Below, piece after piece: positions 46,915 through 56,731 of a DNA stretch of 64,000 nucleotides. Position 1 is the stretch's first letter; each line of letters opens with the position of its first letter. Source of the stretch: an uncultured Desulfarculus sp. (GTDB lineage Bacteria > Desulfobacterota > Desulfarculia > Desulfarculales > Desulfarculaceae); assembly GCA_963665125.2 (NCBI GenBank), contig CAXXUK010000001.1, positions 3,040,001 to 3,104,000 of the forward strand, given 5' to 3'. The position numbers were made by a program, and so were the translations under genes. The notes under the pieces were generated by a model. The model did no database searches and had not been told where the DNA came from. It saw nothing but the letters and a program-made list of their open reading frames with translations.

Positions 46915-48288
46915 TCATCGTTTTTTAAGCATGCGGGCCAGGCGCCCGGCCGTCATTTCGGTGATCTCGGCCAGGCAGGGGTGGGTGTAGGGGATCGAGG
47001 CGATGTCGCCGGGCGTGCCGCCCAGCTTGATGGTCACCGCCGAGTCGTGGATCATCAGTGAGGCCTCGGGCGAAACCAGGTCCGTGCCGATGAGCTTGCC
47101 CGTGGCCGTATCGGCACGCATGGTCATGAAGCCGCGCATGCCGCCGGGATAGGTCTTGCCCGCGGCCAGGTCGGACAAATCGAAATAGGCTTCCACGTAT
47201 TCGATGCCCGCCGCCTCGGCCTGGGCCGCGCTCATGCCCACCATGGCCACCTGCGGGTCGGTGAAGATGGCCCTGGGCACCACGGCGTCGTTAATGGGCT
47301 TGGTTTTTCCGGCCACGGCGTTATGCCCGGCCGTCTCGCCCTCCAATATGGCCTGGTTGACCACCATCAGCCTGGCGGTGACATCGCCGGCGGCGAAGAT
47401 GTGCTCCACGTTGGTGCGCATGCAATCGTCCACCACGACCCTGCCGCCGGGGCCGGTTTCAACGCCCGCGGCTTCCAGGTTCAATTTGTCCGTGTTGGGC
47501 CGCCGGCCCAGGGACATCAGCAGGGCCTCGCAGGAGATACTCTTTTCCTGGCCCCGGTGTTGAAATACGACCTTGGTGTCGCCGCGGCCGCCCTCGATGC
47601 GCTCCAGCTTGGTCTCGGTGAAGATATCCACGCCGTCGTCGGCCAGGCATTCCTGCAACAGCAGGCCGATGCGCTCGTCCAGGCCGCTGAGCACGTGCCC
47701 GCTACGCTGGATCAGGGTGACGTCCACGTCCATGTGGGCGGCGTACTGGGCCAGCTCCAGAGCCATGGTGCCGCCGCCCAGCACCACCAAAGACCTGGGC
47801 AGCTTTTCCATCTCCAAAAAAGTATCCGAAATCATGTAGCCGCTTTGGGCCAGTCCCGGCACGTTGGGTATTATCTCGGTTGAACCGGTGGCTATGACGA
47901 TCTTGGCGGCGCTGATGGTCTTGCCTTCCACCTCGATCTCATGGGGGCCCACGAATCTGGCCGTGCCGTTGATCACCTCCAGGCCCTGCTTTTGTTTGGC
48001 CTCCACGGCCGTCACCCGCCTGTTGGCCAGGAAATCGACCACCTTGCGCTTGAAACGAAGCACCTCGGGATAGGCCTGGCCGCGGTCGGCCCCGGCGGCC
48101 CGCAGTTCGTCGGCGCTGTGGATCAGGGCCTTGGAAGGCATGCATCCGGCCAAAATGCACAAACCGCCCAGGCGGTAGCCCTCGATCATTGCCACCTTGG
48201 CTCCGCTTTTCATGGCCGTGGTCGCGGCGGTGAATCCGGCGCTGCCGCCTCCGCCGATAATCAATACGTCGTAATCAAATCCGCTCAA
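46915..48288 (-). CDS. Class I pyridine nucleotide-disulfide oxidoreductase (LpdA/MerA-like)
   Basis: IIGGGGSAG, GGLCILAGCMPSK, IATGS, GGGTMALE, FAAGDV, FTDPQVA and HPCLAE motifs. Confidence 0.9.
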   Translation of the reverse strand: MSGFDYDVLIIGGGGSAGFTAATTAMKSGAKVAMIEGYRLGGLCILAGCMPSKALIHSADELRAAGADRGQAYPEVLRFKRKVVDFLANRRVTAVEAKQKQGLEVINGTARFVGPHEIEVEGKTISAAKIVIATGSTEIIPNVPGLAQSGYMISDTFLEMEKLPRSLVVLGGGTMALELAQYAAHMDVDVTLIQRSGHVLSGLDERIGLLLQECLADDGVDIFTETKLERIEGGRGDTKVVFQHRGQEKSISCEALLMSLGRRPNTDKLNLEAAGVETGPGGRVVVDDCMRTNVEHIFAAGDVTARLMVVNQAILEGETAGHNAVAGKTKPINDAVVPRAIFTDPQVAMVGMSAAQAEAAGIEYVEAYFDLSDLAAGKTYPGGMRGFMTMRADTATGKLIGTDLVSPEASLMIHDSAVTIKLGGTPGDIASIPYTHPCLAEITEMTAGRLARMLKKR

Positions 48289-49328
48289 TCTTGCGTCTCC
48301 TCGTTGCTGAGCATGCGGCGGGCTTTATGCCTGGCCAACTCCTGCATGTCCACAACTTCGTCCAACTCGTCAACAATTTCCGACCCGACCAGCGACTCCA
48401 GCACGTCCTCCATGGTCACCAGACCGTCGATGCCGCCGTATTCATCGACAACCAGGCACATATGGGCCCGGCGGCTGAGGAAATACTTCAGCAGCATCAG
48501 CGCGTTGGCCGATGCGGGCATGAATTTCAGGGGCCGGGAGATATCGGCCAACCTGGGGTCTTCCTTTTCCACGTCCGTGGCAAGGACCTTGTCCTTGAGC
48601 ACATAGCCGGTGATATTTTCGTTGGTGCCCTCGAACACCGGCAACCGGGAATAAGCCCAGTTGCGGGCCTCGGGCAGGATATCCGAAACGCGCATGCCGC
48701 CGTCAACGGTGACCATCACCGTGCGGGGCGTCATGATGTTGGAGGCGCTTACCTCCTCCAGGCCGATGATGTTATGGATCAGGTCGGCCTCCATCTTGGA
48801 GATTTCGCCGCCGCGCTGGCTCAGGGATGCCGCGGCCAGGATGTCGGCCTCGCTGACAGCCGCCGCCGAGCCGTGTCCCTTGGTGATCATGCGGGTCATG
48901 CCCCTGGTCAGCCAGATCAGCGGACTGAGAAACAGCACCAACATCCTCAAGGGAAACACCGACCACTGCCACAGGCCCTTCCAGTAAACCGCGCCCACGG
49001 TCTTGGGGATGATTTCGCTCAACAGCAAGATCAACAGGGTGAAGACCAGCGAAAAAACCCAAAGGTACTCCGCCCCGAAAACTCGGCCCGCGGCCCAGCC
49101 GGCCAAGGCGGCTCCGGCCGTGTTGGCCAGGGTATTGAGGATCAATATCCCCGCCAAGGGGCGGTCCACCCTGGTCTTTAATTGCTTCATCAGCAGGCCG
49201 GCCCGGTTGCCCTGTTCCACCGCCGCCTGAACCGTTATCAGCCTTGTGGAATATAGGATCGATTCGAGCAACGAACAAAACGCCGAAACGAAAACGGAAA
49301 TGGCCACGGCCAAAATCAGAGTCGTCAT
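48285..49328 (-). CDS. CNNM/DUF21-CBS domain protein (hemolysin family)
   Basis: SAFCSLLES, ILILNTLAN, SEIIPK, IMTPR, YSRLPV and VVDEYGG motifs. Confidence 0.92.
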   Translation of the reverse strand: MTTLILAVAISVFVSAFCSLLESILYSTRLITVQAAVEQGNRAGLLMKQLKTRVDRPLAGILILNTLANTAGAALAGWAAGRVFGAEYLWVFSLVFTLLILLLSEIIPKTVGAVYWKGLWQWSVFPLRMLVLFLSPLIWLTRGMTRMITKGHGSAAAVSEADILAAASLSQRGGEISKMEADLIHNIIGLEEVSASNIMTPRTVMVTVDGGMRVSDILPEARNWAYSRLPVFEGTNENITGYVLKDKVLATDVEKEDPRLADISRPLKFMPASANALMLLKYFLSRRAHMCLVVDEYGGIDGLVTMEDVLESLVGSEIVDELDEVVDMQELARHKARRMLSNEETQD

Positions 49329-49584
49329 TTCCCCTCCGAGAGGTAACAGAACATAGCAAATACAATAGCACGCATGGCAGCGAATCAAACAGCGTCAGTT
49401 GGTGGCGGCGTTGGTAATTTTTCGAAACAGGTCATGCCATCTTGTCCGGCGATCAGCCGACATGCTAGTTTTTTCAAAAGCGCCTTCCTCCAAGGCAAGC
49501 GCTTCCGGTGATTTTCAGGCCCAAAATATAGCGGGTAATTTCCCGATTACCAGGGCCCACCCGTGCATCATGCGGAGAAGTATC

Positions 49585-50475
49585 ATGAGCTTCCAAAGGC
49601 TGGATCTGACGTTCGAGGTCAAAGGAGAAACCTTGCAGGCCTGGCTCTACCTGCCCGAGGGCGTGAAGAAGCCTCCCGTGGTGGTGATGGCCCATGGTTT
49701 CGGCGCGCTGAGGAATTTCGGGCTGCAACCATTTGCCGAAAACTTCGCCGCCAGAGGCCTGGCCTCGCTGTTGTTCGACTACCGCTGTTTCGGCCAAAGC
49801 GGCGGCAAACCACGCCAACTCGTTAGCATCGGCGGCCAGTTGGCCGACTGGCGGGCCGCGGTGCACTTCGCCCAGGGCCTGGACCAGGTGGATGGAGAGC
49901 GCATCGCCCTGTGGGGCAGTTCGTTCAGCGGCGGCCATGTGGTGGTGACAGCCGCCAGGGACGGCGGCATCCGGGCCGTGGTCAGCCAGGTGCCCCACGT
50001 CGACGGCATGGCCTCGGCCCGCCGGCTGGGCCTGGGTTTCATAGCAAAAGGCATGGTCGACGGCATCAAGGACCTGTTCCGGGCCGTACTGGGCCGTGAA
50101 CCCCACTATGTGCCCATTGCCGGGCCGCCGGACAGCCGGGCATTTTTGCGCACGCCGGACTGCGAGGACGGCTACATGGCCATCGTCAACGATGACGCCC
50201 CGTGGACCAACGCCTTCCCGGCCCGCACGTTCCTGTGGGTGGCGGGCTACCGGCCCACGGCCTCCGCGCCGCTGGTCAAGTGTCCGATGCTGGTGGTGGC
50301 CGGGCGGGGCGACAGCCTTATCCCCTACGACGCGGTGGTGAAGATGGCGAAAAAGGTCCCCAGGGGCGAAATTCTCAAGCTGGACTGCGGCCATTTCGAC
50401 CCCTACGTGGAGCCGCTGTTCCCCACGGTGGTCAAGGCCGAGGCCGATTTCCTGGCGCGGCACCTGCTGGGCTAA
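49585..50475 (+). CDS. Alpha/beta hydrolase
   Basis: VVMAHGFG, FDYRCFGQSGG, WGSSFSGGH, D and CGHFDPY motifs. Confidence 0.9.
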   Translation: MSFQRLDLTFEVKGETLQAWLYLPEGVKKPPVVVMAHGFGALRNFGLQPFAENFAARGLASLLFDYRCFGQSGGKPRQLVSIGGQLADWRAAVHFAQGLDQVDGERIALWGSSFSGGHVVVTAARDGGIRAVVSQVPHVDGMASARRLGLGFIAKGMVDGIKDLFRAVLGREPHYVPIAGPPDSRAFLRTPDCEDGYMAIVNDDAPWTNAFPARTFLWVAGYRPTASAPLVKCPMLVVAGRGDSLIPYDAVVKMAKKVPRGEILKLDCGHFDPYVEPLFPTVVKAEADFLARHLLG

Positions 50476-51383
50476 AGCAGGTCCGCCAGGGCCGAGCCCA
50501 CATCCGGGAAGCGGAAGGCCAGCCGGGCCTTTTCCAGGCGGCGGGGCAACACCCGCTGCCCCTCCAGCAAAACCGAGCCGAACTCGCCCAGGGCCAGGCG
50601 CACGGCAAAGGCCGGGGCGGGCAGGACGGCAGGACGGCGTAGCACCCCGGCCAGGGCCTTGGTAAGTTCGGCGTTGGTCACCGGACCCGGCGCGCAGCAG
50701 TTTACCGGCCCGGCCAGGCGTTCGTCTTCCAGGCAGAGCTTCAGCGCCGTGGTCAGGTCGGTCTGGTGAATCCAGCTGAACCACTGTTTGCCGCTGCCCA
50801 GCCTGCCGCCCAGGCCCCAGCGGAACAGGGGCAGCATCTGTCCCAAAGCTCCACCGCCCGAACCCAGCACTATGCCAAAGCGGGCGTTGACCACCCGTGC
50901 GCCGCTGCCCGTGGCCTCCTCGGTGGCCGTTTCCCAGTCCCGGCAGACAGTGGCCAGGAAATCATCGCCCGGCGGCGAGTCCTCGTCTAAAATCCTGTCA
51001 TCGCTGAAACCGTAATAACCAACCGCCGAGGCCGAGACCAGGCTGAAGTCCCTGCCCCCCGGCCGGGCGGCGATGGCCTGGCACAGGTTGGTGGTGGTTT
51101 GCACCCGGCTGGAGCGGATCAGGGCCTTGTATTTTTCATTCCAGCGGCCGAAGATGCTAGCCCCGGCCAAGTTAATCGCCGCGTCGCAGGCCATGACCTT
51201 TTCCTGCCAGTCTCCTGGCTGGGTAGGGTCGCCGATGATCGGCTCCACGCCCTTTGGCAGGCGACGAGCCGCCGTGTCCGAACGGCTAAGGGCGCAGACT
51301 CTCCAGCCCCCGGCCATGAGCCAGTTGCACAGGGTCGTCCCCACGAATCCGCTTGCGCCGGTAATAAACACCTGCATGGTCAT
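50472..51383 (-). CDS. TIGR01777 family oxidoreductase (YfcH-like)
   Basis: ITGASGFVG, INLAG, SASAVGYYG, CRDWE and GSGKQWFSWIH motifs. Confidence 0.92.
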   Translation of the reverse strand: MTMQVFITGASGFVGTTLCNWLMAGGWRVCALSRSDTAARRLPKGVEPIIGDPTQPGDWQEKVMACDAAINLAGASIFGRWNEKYKALIRSSRVQTTTNLCQAIAARPGGRDFSLVSASAVGYYGFSDDRILDEDSPPGDDFLATVCRDWETATEEATGSGARVVNARFGIVLGSGGGALGQMLPLFRWGLGGRLGSGKQWFSWIHQTDLTTALKLCLEDERLAGPVNCCAPGPVTNAELTKALAGVLRRPAVLPAPAFAVRLALGEFGSVLLEGQRVLPRRLEKARLAFRFPDVGSALADLL

Positions 51384-51517
51384 CCCCCTGATGGCCTGAT
51401 TAACGATCCTTGGCGGACTTTTTCATCTTAGCATGACCAGGGCCGCGCTCCGGCCAAAACAAAACCGGCCTGCGGGCGGCAAACCCGGCAGACCGGCAAT
51501 AATGCTTTTTATTCCGG

Positions 51518-52306
51518 CTATTTTTTATCGGCAGGCTTTGCCGGGGCTGCTTCGGTTGCCGCGGCTTCAGTAGCCGCGGCCTGGGTGGCCTGGGCCGTGA
51601 CCGCGGCAGAGGCGTTCTGCTCAACCAGCCGGGACATGATGGCCGTCAGGGTCTGGCGGCGAGCCGGGTCGGTGGTTTTTTTCAACTCTTCCTCGTAAAT
51701 GGCCTTGGCTCCGGCCACATCGCCCTGGGCGGCCAGGACCCTGGCCAGGTCCACCTTGTACATCTGGGCCAGGTTCGGTCCGGCGGCGGCGACGGCGCTC
51801 TTGTAGGCGGCGGCGGCATCGGCGTAGAGCTGCTGGGCCTCCAGGGCCTGACCCCTGCCGTGGAGGGCCAGGGGCAGCAGCTCCGAAGCTAGGGCCGTGT
51901 CCTCGCTCAGGGAGCCCAGTTCATCGGCGGCCTTTTTGTATTCGCCCCGGCGATAGAGCACGTCGCCCAGGACCAACCGGGCCTGCATTCCGGCCGGAGT
52001 GGCGCCGAACTGGCTGCCGATAAGCTCCAGGGCCTCCTGCATGGTCTGGGTGGCCTCGCTGTCGAACTTGCCGCCCAGGAACTGTTCGTAGGCTATCATC
52101 ACCGGCCCCAGGGCCTCGGTGGCCTTGGCGTCGCGGCTATTGATATATTGGCTGACGCCCACCCCCGCGCCGACGATCAGCACCAGGACCACCCCGGCGA
52201 TCGTCAGCAGCTTCATGTTGGCCTGGGCCCACTTGGCGGCCTTGTCGGCAAAGGTTATGAACTCATCGGGCTCTTTGAGGGTTTTTTTGATGTCGCTTTT
52301 GGCCAT
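51518..52306 (-). CDS. YfgM-like membrane-anchored TPR protein
   Basis: LKEPDEFIT, single TM, TPR helices and Ala/Thr-rich tail. Confidence 0.8.
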   Translation of the reverse strand: MAKSDIKKTLKEPDEFITFADKAAKWAQANMKLLTIAGVVLVLIVGAGVGVSQYINSRDAKATEALGPVMIAYEQFLGGKFDSEATQTMQEALELIGSQFGATPAGMQARLVLGDVLYRRGEYKKAADELGSLSEDTALASELLPLALHGRGQALEAQQLYADAAAAYKSAVAAAGPNLAQMYKVDLARVLAAQGDVAGAKAIYEEELKKTTDPARRQTLTAIMSRLVEQNASAAVTAQATQAAATEAAATEAAPAKPADKK

Positions 52307-52333
52307 TATCGTTTCGCACCTCGTGTTCAATCA

Positions 52334-53260
52334 TCAATCCGCGTGCAGGGCCTCGGCGGCCAAGGTGGCCGCGCCCAGCACGGGGGCGTCTTCTCCCAAT
52401 TGGGCCATGATAATCTCCAGCCCGGCGGGATCGGCTACAAAAAGCCTCCGGGCCATTTCCGCGCGGGCGGCGTCGGCCATCAGTGGCCAGGCCGGAGAAA
52501 CACCGCCACCCATGATTATCAGGTCCAGGCCCAGAACGCAAATCAGATCGGCAAAAGCCCGGCCCAAAGCCGTCCCGGCCGTGTTCATCAGCTCCAGGGC
52601 CAAGGCGTCTCCTGCCGCGGCGGCGTCGCGGATCCGGCGCACGTCCGCGCCAAGCTCCAGGCTGGTCCGCCTGCCGGCCTCCAGGGCTTCGGCCAGCAGG
52701 CCCATTAGCCCCGTTGCCGAGGCATAGGCCTCCAGGCAACCCCTGGCCCCGCAGGTGCAGAGGCGGCCGCCGGACTCCACCAGCATGTGGCCGATCTCGC
52801 CGGCCATGCCCATGGGCCCGGTGAGCAGCCTGCCGTTCAGCACGATTCCGCCGCCCACGCCGGTTCCAAGGGTGATGCAGGCCATGTCCATGCGGCCCCG
52901 GCCCGCCCCGAAGCGGGCCTCGCCCAGGGCGTAGAGGTTGGCGTCGTTTTCCAGCACGGCCGCGACACCCAGGGCATCACGCACCGCCCCGGTCAGGCCG
53001 AAGCCGTTGAACGACTTGAGGTTGTTGGCGAAGATCACCCTGCCGCCCTGGCGGTCCAGACTTCCGGCGCAGGCTATCCCAGCCCCGCCGGGTTTCGGGC
53101 CGCCCAGCGCTTGGTACTCGCCGGCCAGGCGCCGGACCCAGGCCTGGGGGCCGTCATCGGGCCTGGTCTGGAACGTCATGGCCCCCAGCAGGCCGCCGCC
53201 ATCGACCAGCCCGATCCGGGTCTTGGTGCCGCCTATGTCTATGCCCAGCCATACCGACAT
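52334..53260 (-). CDS. ROK-family sugar kinase, glucokinase-like
   Basis: GIDIGGTK, ENDAN, TLGTGVGGG, GEIGH and CTCGARGCLE motifs. Confidence 0.92.
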   Translation of the reverse strand: MSVWLGIDIGGTKTRIGLVDGGGLLGAMTFQTRPDDGPQAWVRRLAGEYQALGGPKPGGAGIACAGSLDRQGGRVIFANNLKSFNGFGLTGAVRDALGVAAVLENDANLYALGEARFGAGRGRMDMACITLGTGVGGGIVLNGRLLTGPMGMAGEIGHMLVESGGRLCTCGARGCLEAYASATGLMGLLAEALEAGRRTSLELGADVRRIRDAAAAGDALALELMNTAGTALGRAFADLICVLGLDLIIMGGGVSPAWPLMADAARAEMARRLFVADPAGLEIIMAQLGEDAPVLGAATLAAEALHAD

Positions 53261-53368
53261 CGATCGCCGCCTTTTCCTGGATCAAAAAACTCGCCAGGCA
53301 GGACACGATCATCCCGCCTGGCAAGTTATACCAAATCACCGCGCCCAATGGCACGGCCCTTTTACGCT

Positions 53369-54814
53369 TTACATGCCGGTGTCAAACTCCAGGGTCTGGC
53401 CCTTTTCGATTTTCACGCCCTGGCCCGCGGGCAGGGGCTCGTCCATGCCGTCGACATGGATCATCACGTCGTATGTGCCGGGCATGACCAGCACCTTCTT
53501 GAAAATGGGCCAGTCATTGTCCCAGCGGCGGCGGATCTGGGCGTAGACGTCCTCTGTGCCGCTGGCGACCAGATCCCAGCCCTTGACATTGACCGACTTG
53601 GGAGGCTTGATCCGGATGCCGCTGTCCAGGTCCACCACGGCCATCTTGCCCTCGGTCACCTCGACGTCCTTGGCCAGCAACACCGAACCCGGGCTGCGGC
53701 CGTTGCGCACATAGAAATCATACTTTCCGGCGGGCAGGGGCTTGGGCTTGAACAGGTAATAATCGTTGCCGCCCGGCTCCAGCAGCAGCAGGGGTTCCTT
53801 GGCACCGCTTTGGCGGATCTCCACCGCGGCCACGGCCTCGTTGAGGCCCTGGGCCAAGTTGGGATAGATGCCGCCAAGCTTGAGTTCGGTGGTCTCGCCG
53901 GGATTGACGGTGACCGTGCCGATCGCCACGTCCGTGGGCGGCTTGTAGTTGGTGTTGGCAAAGCCCAGGACTATCTTGTATTCGCCGCTGATCAACGGAT
54001 GGGTGGCGTCGGCGGCCGACTCGGCCTTTTTGACTACCTTTTCATCCTTGGGCCGGATGATCTTGATCTCGGCCAGGCTGATGGCCGCGTCCTTCGGCAT
54101 GGTTATGTGCAGCTTGCCCAGGCCGGTCTTGGCCTTGACCTGGGTGGTCTTGGCCTGCTCGATCTTCTGGGCCACGTCCTTGTTGACCTGCTCCATGGCG
54201 GCCAAAAGCGACGCCGCGTCGTCGGCGCCGAAGTATTTGCCCCCGCCTGCCTCGGCCAGGCAGGAAAGCTGGGCCTTGCCCTGGTCGTCAACCCCGAAGC
54301 CCACCACATGCAAAACAAACTTGATGCCGCTTTTCTTCAGGGCCTTGACCACGCCGCAGGGGTCAGGGTCGCAGGTCTCCAGACCGTCGGAAACCAGCAC
54401 CATTATCGTCTCGGCGTCGGCCCCGCCGATCTTTTCGGCCACCAGCTTCAACGTGGCGGCAATGGGCGTCTTGCCCTTGGGCTGGATGGCGTTGATCTTT
54501 TTCAACACCTCCTCCCGGCTGATCTGACCGGGCATGGCCAGGATCTCCACGTCGGCGCAGTCGCCCCTGGTGCGGTGGCCATAGGCGGCCAGGCCAATGG
54601 CGGCCTCGGCCGGGGTCTGGGGCACCACCTGCTCCATCACCTGCCGAGCGGCCTGGATCTTCATCTGGTCACCGGCCCGGCCCCACATGCTGCCCGAGGC
54701 GTCCAGGATGTAAAAGACCTGGGGTGACGCCGCCAGGGCGGCCTGGCACAACAACAAAAGCAACGCCGCCATTATCGCGGCGGCGGCGGGTGCCTTGATC
54801 AACAGCCGGGTCAT
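53369..54814 (-). CDS. Exported von Willebrand factor A domain protein
   Basis: Signal peptide, ILDASGSM MIDAS, GKTP, SDGLETC and HVVGF; beta-rich C-terminal repeats. Confidence 0.88.
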   Translation of the reverse strand: MTRLLIKAPAAAAIMAALLLLLCQAALAASPQVFYILDASGSMWGRAGDQMKIQAARQVMEQVVPQTPAEAAIGLAAYGHRTRGDCADVEILAMPGQISREEVLKKINAIQPKGKTPIAATLKLVAEKIGGADAETIMVLVSDGLETCDPDPCGVVKALKKSGIKFVLHVVGFGVDDQGKAQLSCLAEAGGGKYFGADDAASLLAAMEQVNKDVAQKIEQAKTTQVKAKTGLGKLHITMPKDAAISLAEIKIIRPKDEKVVKKAESAADATHPLISGEYKIVLGFANTNYKPPTDVAIGTVTVNPGETTELKLGGIYPNLAQGLNEAVAAVEIRQSGAKEPLLLLEPGGNDYYLFKPKPLPAGKYDFYVRNGRSPGSVLLAKDVEVTEGKMAVVDLDSGIRIKPPKSVNVKGWDLVASGTEDVYAQIRRRWDNDWPIFKKVLVMPGTYDVMIHVDGMDEPLPAGQGVKIEKGQTLEFDTGM

Positions 54815-54895
54815 CTAAACTCCTCCAAATGGCATCAATCGTGAAACGGCCCGCCAACCTGCGTCGGCGGGCCGTGCTTTTCGCGTTTATCGGGT

Positions 54896-55354
54896 CTACC
54901 ACAACTCCATGCGCTGAACGTCTCCGGCCAGTTCCGGATCGTGCATCAGTTTTTTGGCGAAGCGCAGGTATTTGTTGGCAATGGCCCGCACAGCGAACTG
55001 AAACGCGTAGGGTTTGATGGGTTTCTCCAGCAAATGATTGACTCCCGAGGCCATGCACATATTGACGATGTCCGTGCTGGCATGGCCGGTGATGATGATG
55101 CTGTCTTCGGCGGCCATGGGGTAGTGTATCGTCACCGCCTCTATGAAGTCGAATGCCGTCTGGCCGCCCAGAAACATATCCAGCACGAAGATGGCCAGGG
55201 AGCTGTCACGGTTGAAGCAAAAGGTGCGGGCCTCCAGAATATCGCTGAAGGCGTATACGCTGCCCCATGAGTAAAAGCTCTCCGTCAATTCGCCCAAGTG
55301 ATCGGCGATGGGTTTCTCATCATCCAGGATGATCACATCCAGCCCGGCGGACAT
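54896..55354 (-). CDS. Single-domain response regulator
   Basis: ILDDE, VLDM (phospho-Asp), ITG and EKP motifs. Confidence 0.85.
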   Translation of the reverse strand: MSAGLDVIILDDEKPIADHLGELTESFYSWGSVYAFSDILEARTFCFNRDSSLAIFVLDMFLGGQTAFDFIEAVTIHYPMAAEDSIIITGHASTDIVNMCMASGVNHLLEKPIKPYAFQFAVRAIANKYLRFAKKLMHDPELAGDVQRMELW

Positions 55355-55551
55355 GTCGGTCCTCCGTTACAGGGTTGGCACGCAATGAAACTTTTTCATC
55401 TGACTTATTATAGTCACAGGTTGCGCCGCGATATAACCCCTGTATTTCACCGACGCCAGTGGCGGCGTGTTTGTTTCATCGGCCAACCGGAAAAACCGGC
55501 GGGCCGCAAGCGGCCCACCGGCATGTCCGGCTGATCAATGCATATTATCGA

Positions 55552-56532
55552 TTAAAAATACACCCAGTCGCCGTTGCCCAGGTGTTTGTCGCTCAGGCTG
55601 CCCGCATCGCCGCTTCCCGAAACAACCGGCAGGCCAATTTCAATCATTTTTTCAATTGCTTGTATGCCTGTGCAGTGGTTACAGGCCACCTTGGCCGGTT
55701 TTTTGGAGGCCAACAGATCGACCATCTGGGCCTGCTCTTCGGTCATGTCGCCGAAGGGCACGATGTGCAACCCGCCGTAGACGCCGTATATATTGTCGCC
55801 ACCGGCAATCGTCTGGCCCGGGGTGTCCAGGAATGTCTGCATGCCCTGGTGGCAGCAACCCGACACGGCCAGGATGCCCTTGTCCTTCATGTTGATATAG
55901 ACCGACTGCTCGCCCTTGGTATCAAGGATGTTGGGCATGTCAAATGTCACTGAAGCCACTCCGGGCATCAACTCATGGACCATGCCCGGCTCAAGCTCGA
56001 TGAGTTCGCCGGTGTGGGGCACCGAGTTTTTGGCTTTGCCCGAGGCCGCCTCGCCGCCTGCCAAAAAGGCCTTGGCCTGATCACTGAAGGTGTTGGGCAA
56101 TACCACCGGGATATCCGGGCGCAGCGCCAGCACGGCCTCCAGGCCGAAAAAGTGGTCCATGTGCTCGTGGCTCATGTACAGAAATTCCACGGTGCCGTCG
56201 GCGATCATCTGGGCCACCCCGGTTTCTTCCAGGCGTTTTGCTATGTACTTGGAGTCCCAGCCGCAGTCCATAAGAAAGCGCCGGACCTTGCCGTCGGCAT
56301 ACTGCACTTCAACCAGATTGCAGGCGCCGGCCCCGTTGCCATCGGTCCAGGGCACTCCCCACTGATTGGCCTCCATGCCGCCGGCGCCCATGACATCCAC
56401 GATCACCTTGTCGTTGTCAAACCATCCGATTTCGGATACGCAACCGATGCGCGTCCCGCTGCACGCGCCGATGTCAACCTTGACGTCGGATATTGGTTTG
56501 GATTTAATGGTGGATTTTATTGCAGTACTCAT
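55552..56532 (-). CDS. MBL-fold metallohydrolase
   Basis: LMDCG, SHEHMDHFFG, EQS, GCCHQG, GGLH and NHCTG motifs. Confidence 0.88.
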   Translation of the reverse strand: MSTAIKSTIKSKPISDVKVDIGACSGTRIGCVSEIGWFDNDKVIVDVMGAGGMEANQWGVPWTDGNGAGACNLVEVQYADGKVRRFLMDCGWDSKYIAKRLEETGVAQMIADGTVEFLYMSHEHMDHFFGLEAVLALRPDIPVVLPNTFSDQAKAFLAGGEAASGKAKNSVPHTGELIELEPGMVHELMPGVASVTFDMPNILDTKGEQSVYINMKDKGILAVSGCCHQGMQTFLDTPGQTIAGGDNIYGVYGGLHIVPFGDMTEEQAQMVDLLASKKPAKVACNHCTGIQAIEKMIEIGLPVVSGSGDAGSLSDKHLGNGDWVYF

Positions 56533-56731
56533 GGGCGCCTCCCGAAAAAGAGTTTAAAAAAACCAAAATTAAATCCACTATACTCTACAGGTTTTTCATG
56601 CACAATGGCGAGGTTTTGGCTGGGCCTGTTCGTTTTTTTTCTTTTTTAATTGCCTATTTACGACCTCTGCATTAGGCTATCGGTGGATTATTCTTCAATG
56701 ATAAAGCAGTGATTTCCGAGGGGCCCTGATA

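Noticed and set aside
49329..49388. Cys-rich MIRCHACYCICY N-terminus on the CNNM ORF
   Set aside because: Lies upstream of the RBS-supported ATG at 49328; likely untranslated.
52787..54727. 646-aa plus-strand ORF, and similar long ORFs at 2692-4032, 4944-6635, 15546-17072, 34567-35805 and 42968-44284
   Set aside because: Antisense shadows of well-supported genes, expected in high-GC3 DNA; no recognisable motifs.
55375..55390. Sigma54-like TTGGCACG
   Set aside because: No GC at the -12 position and wrong orientation for the adjacent gene.
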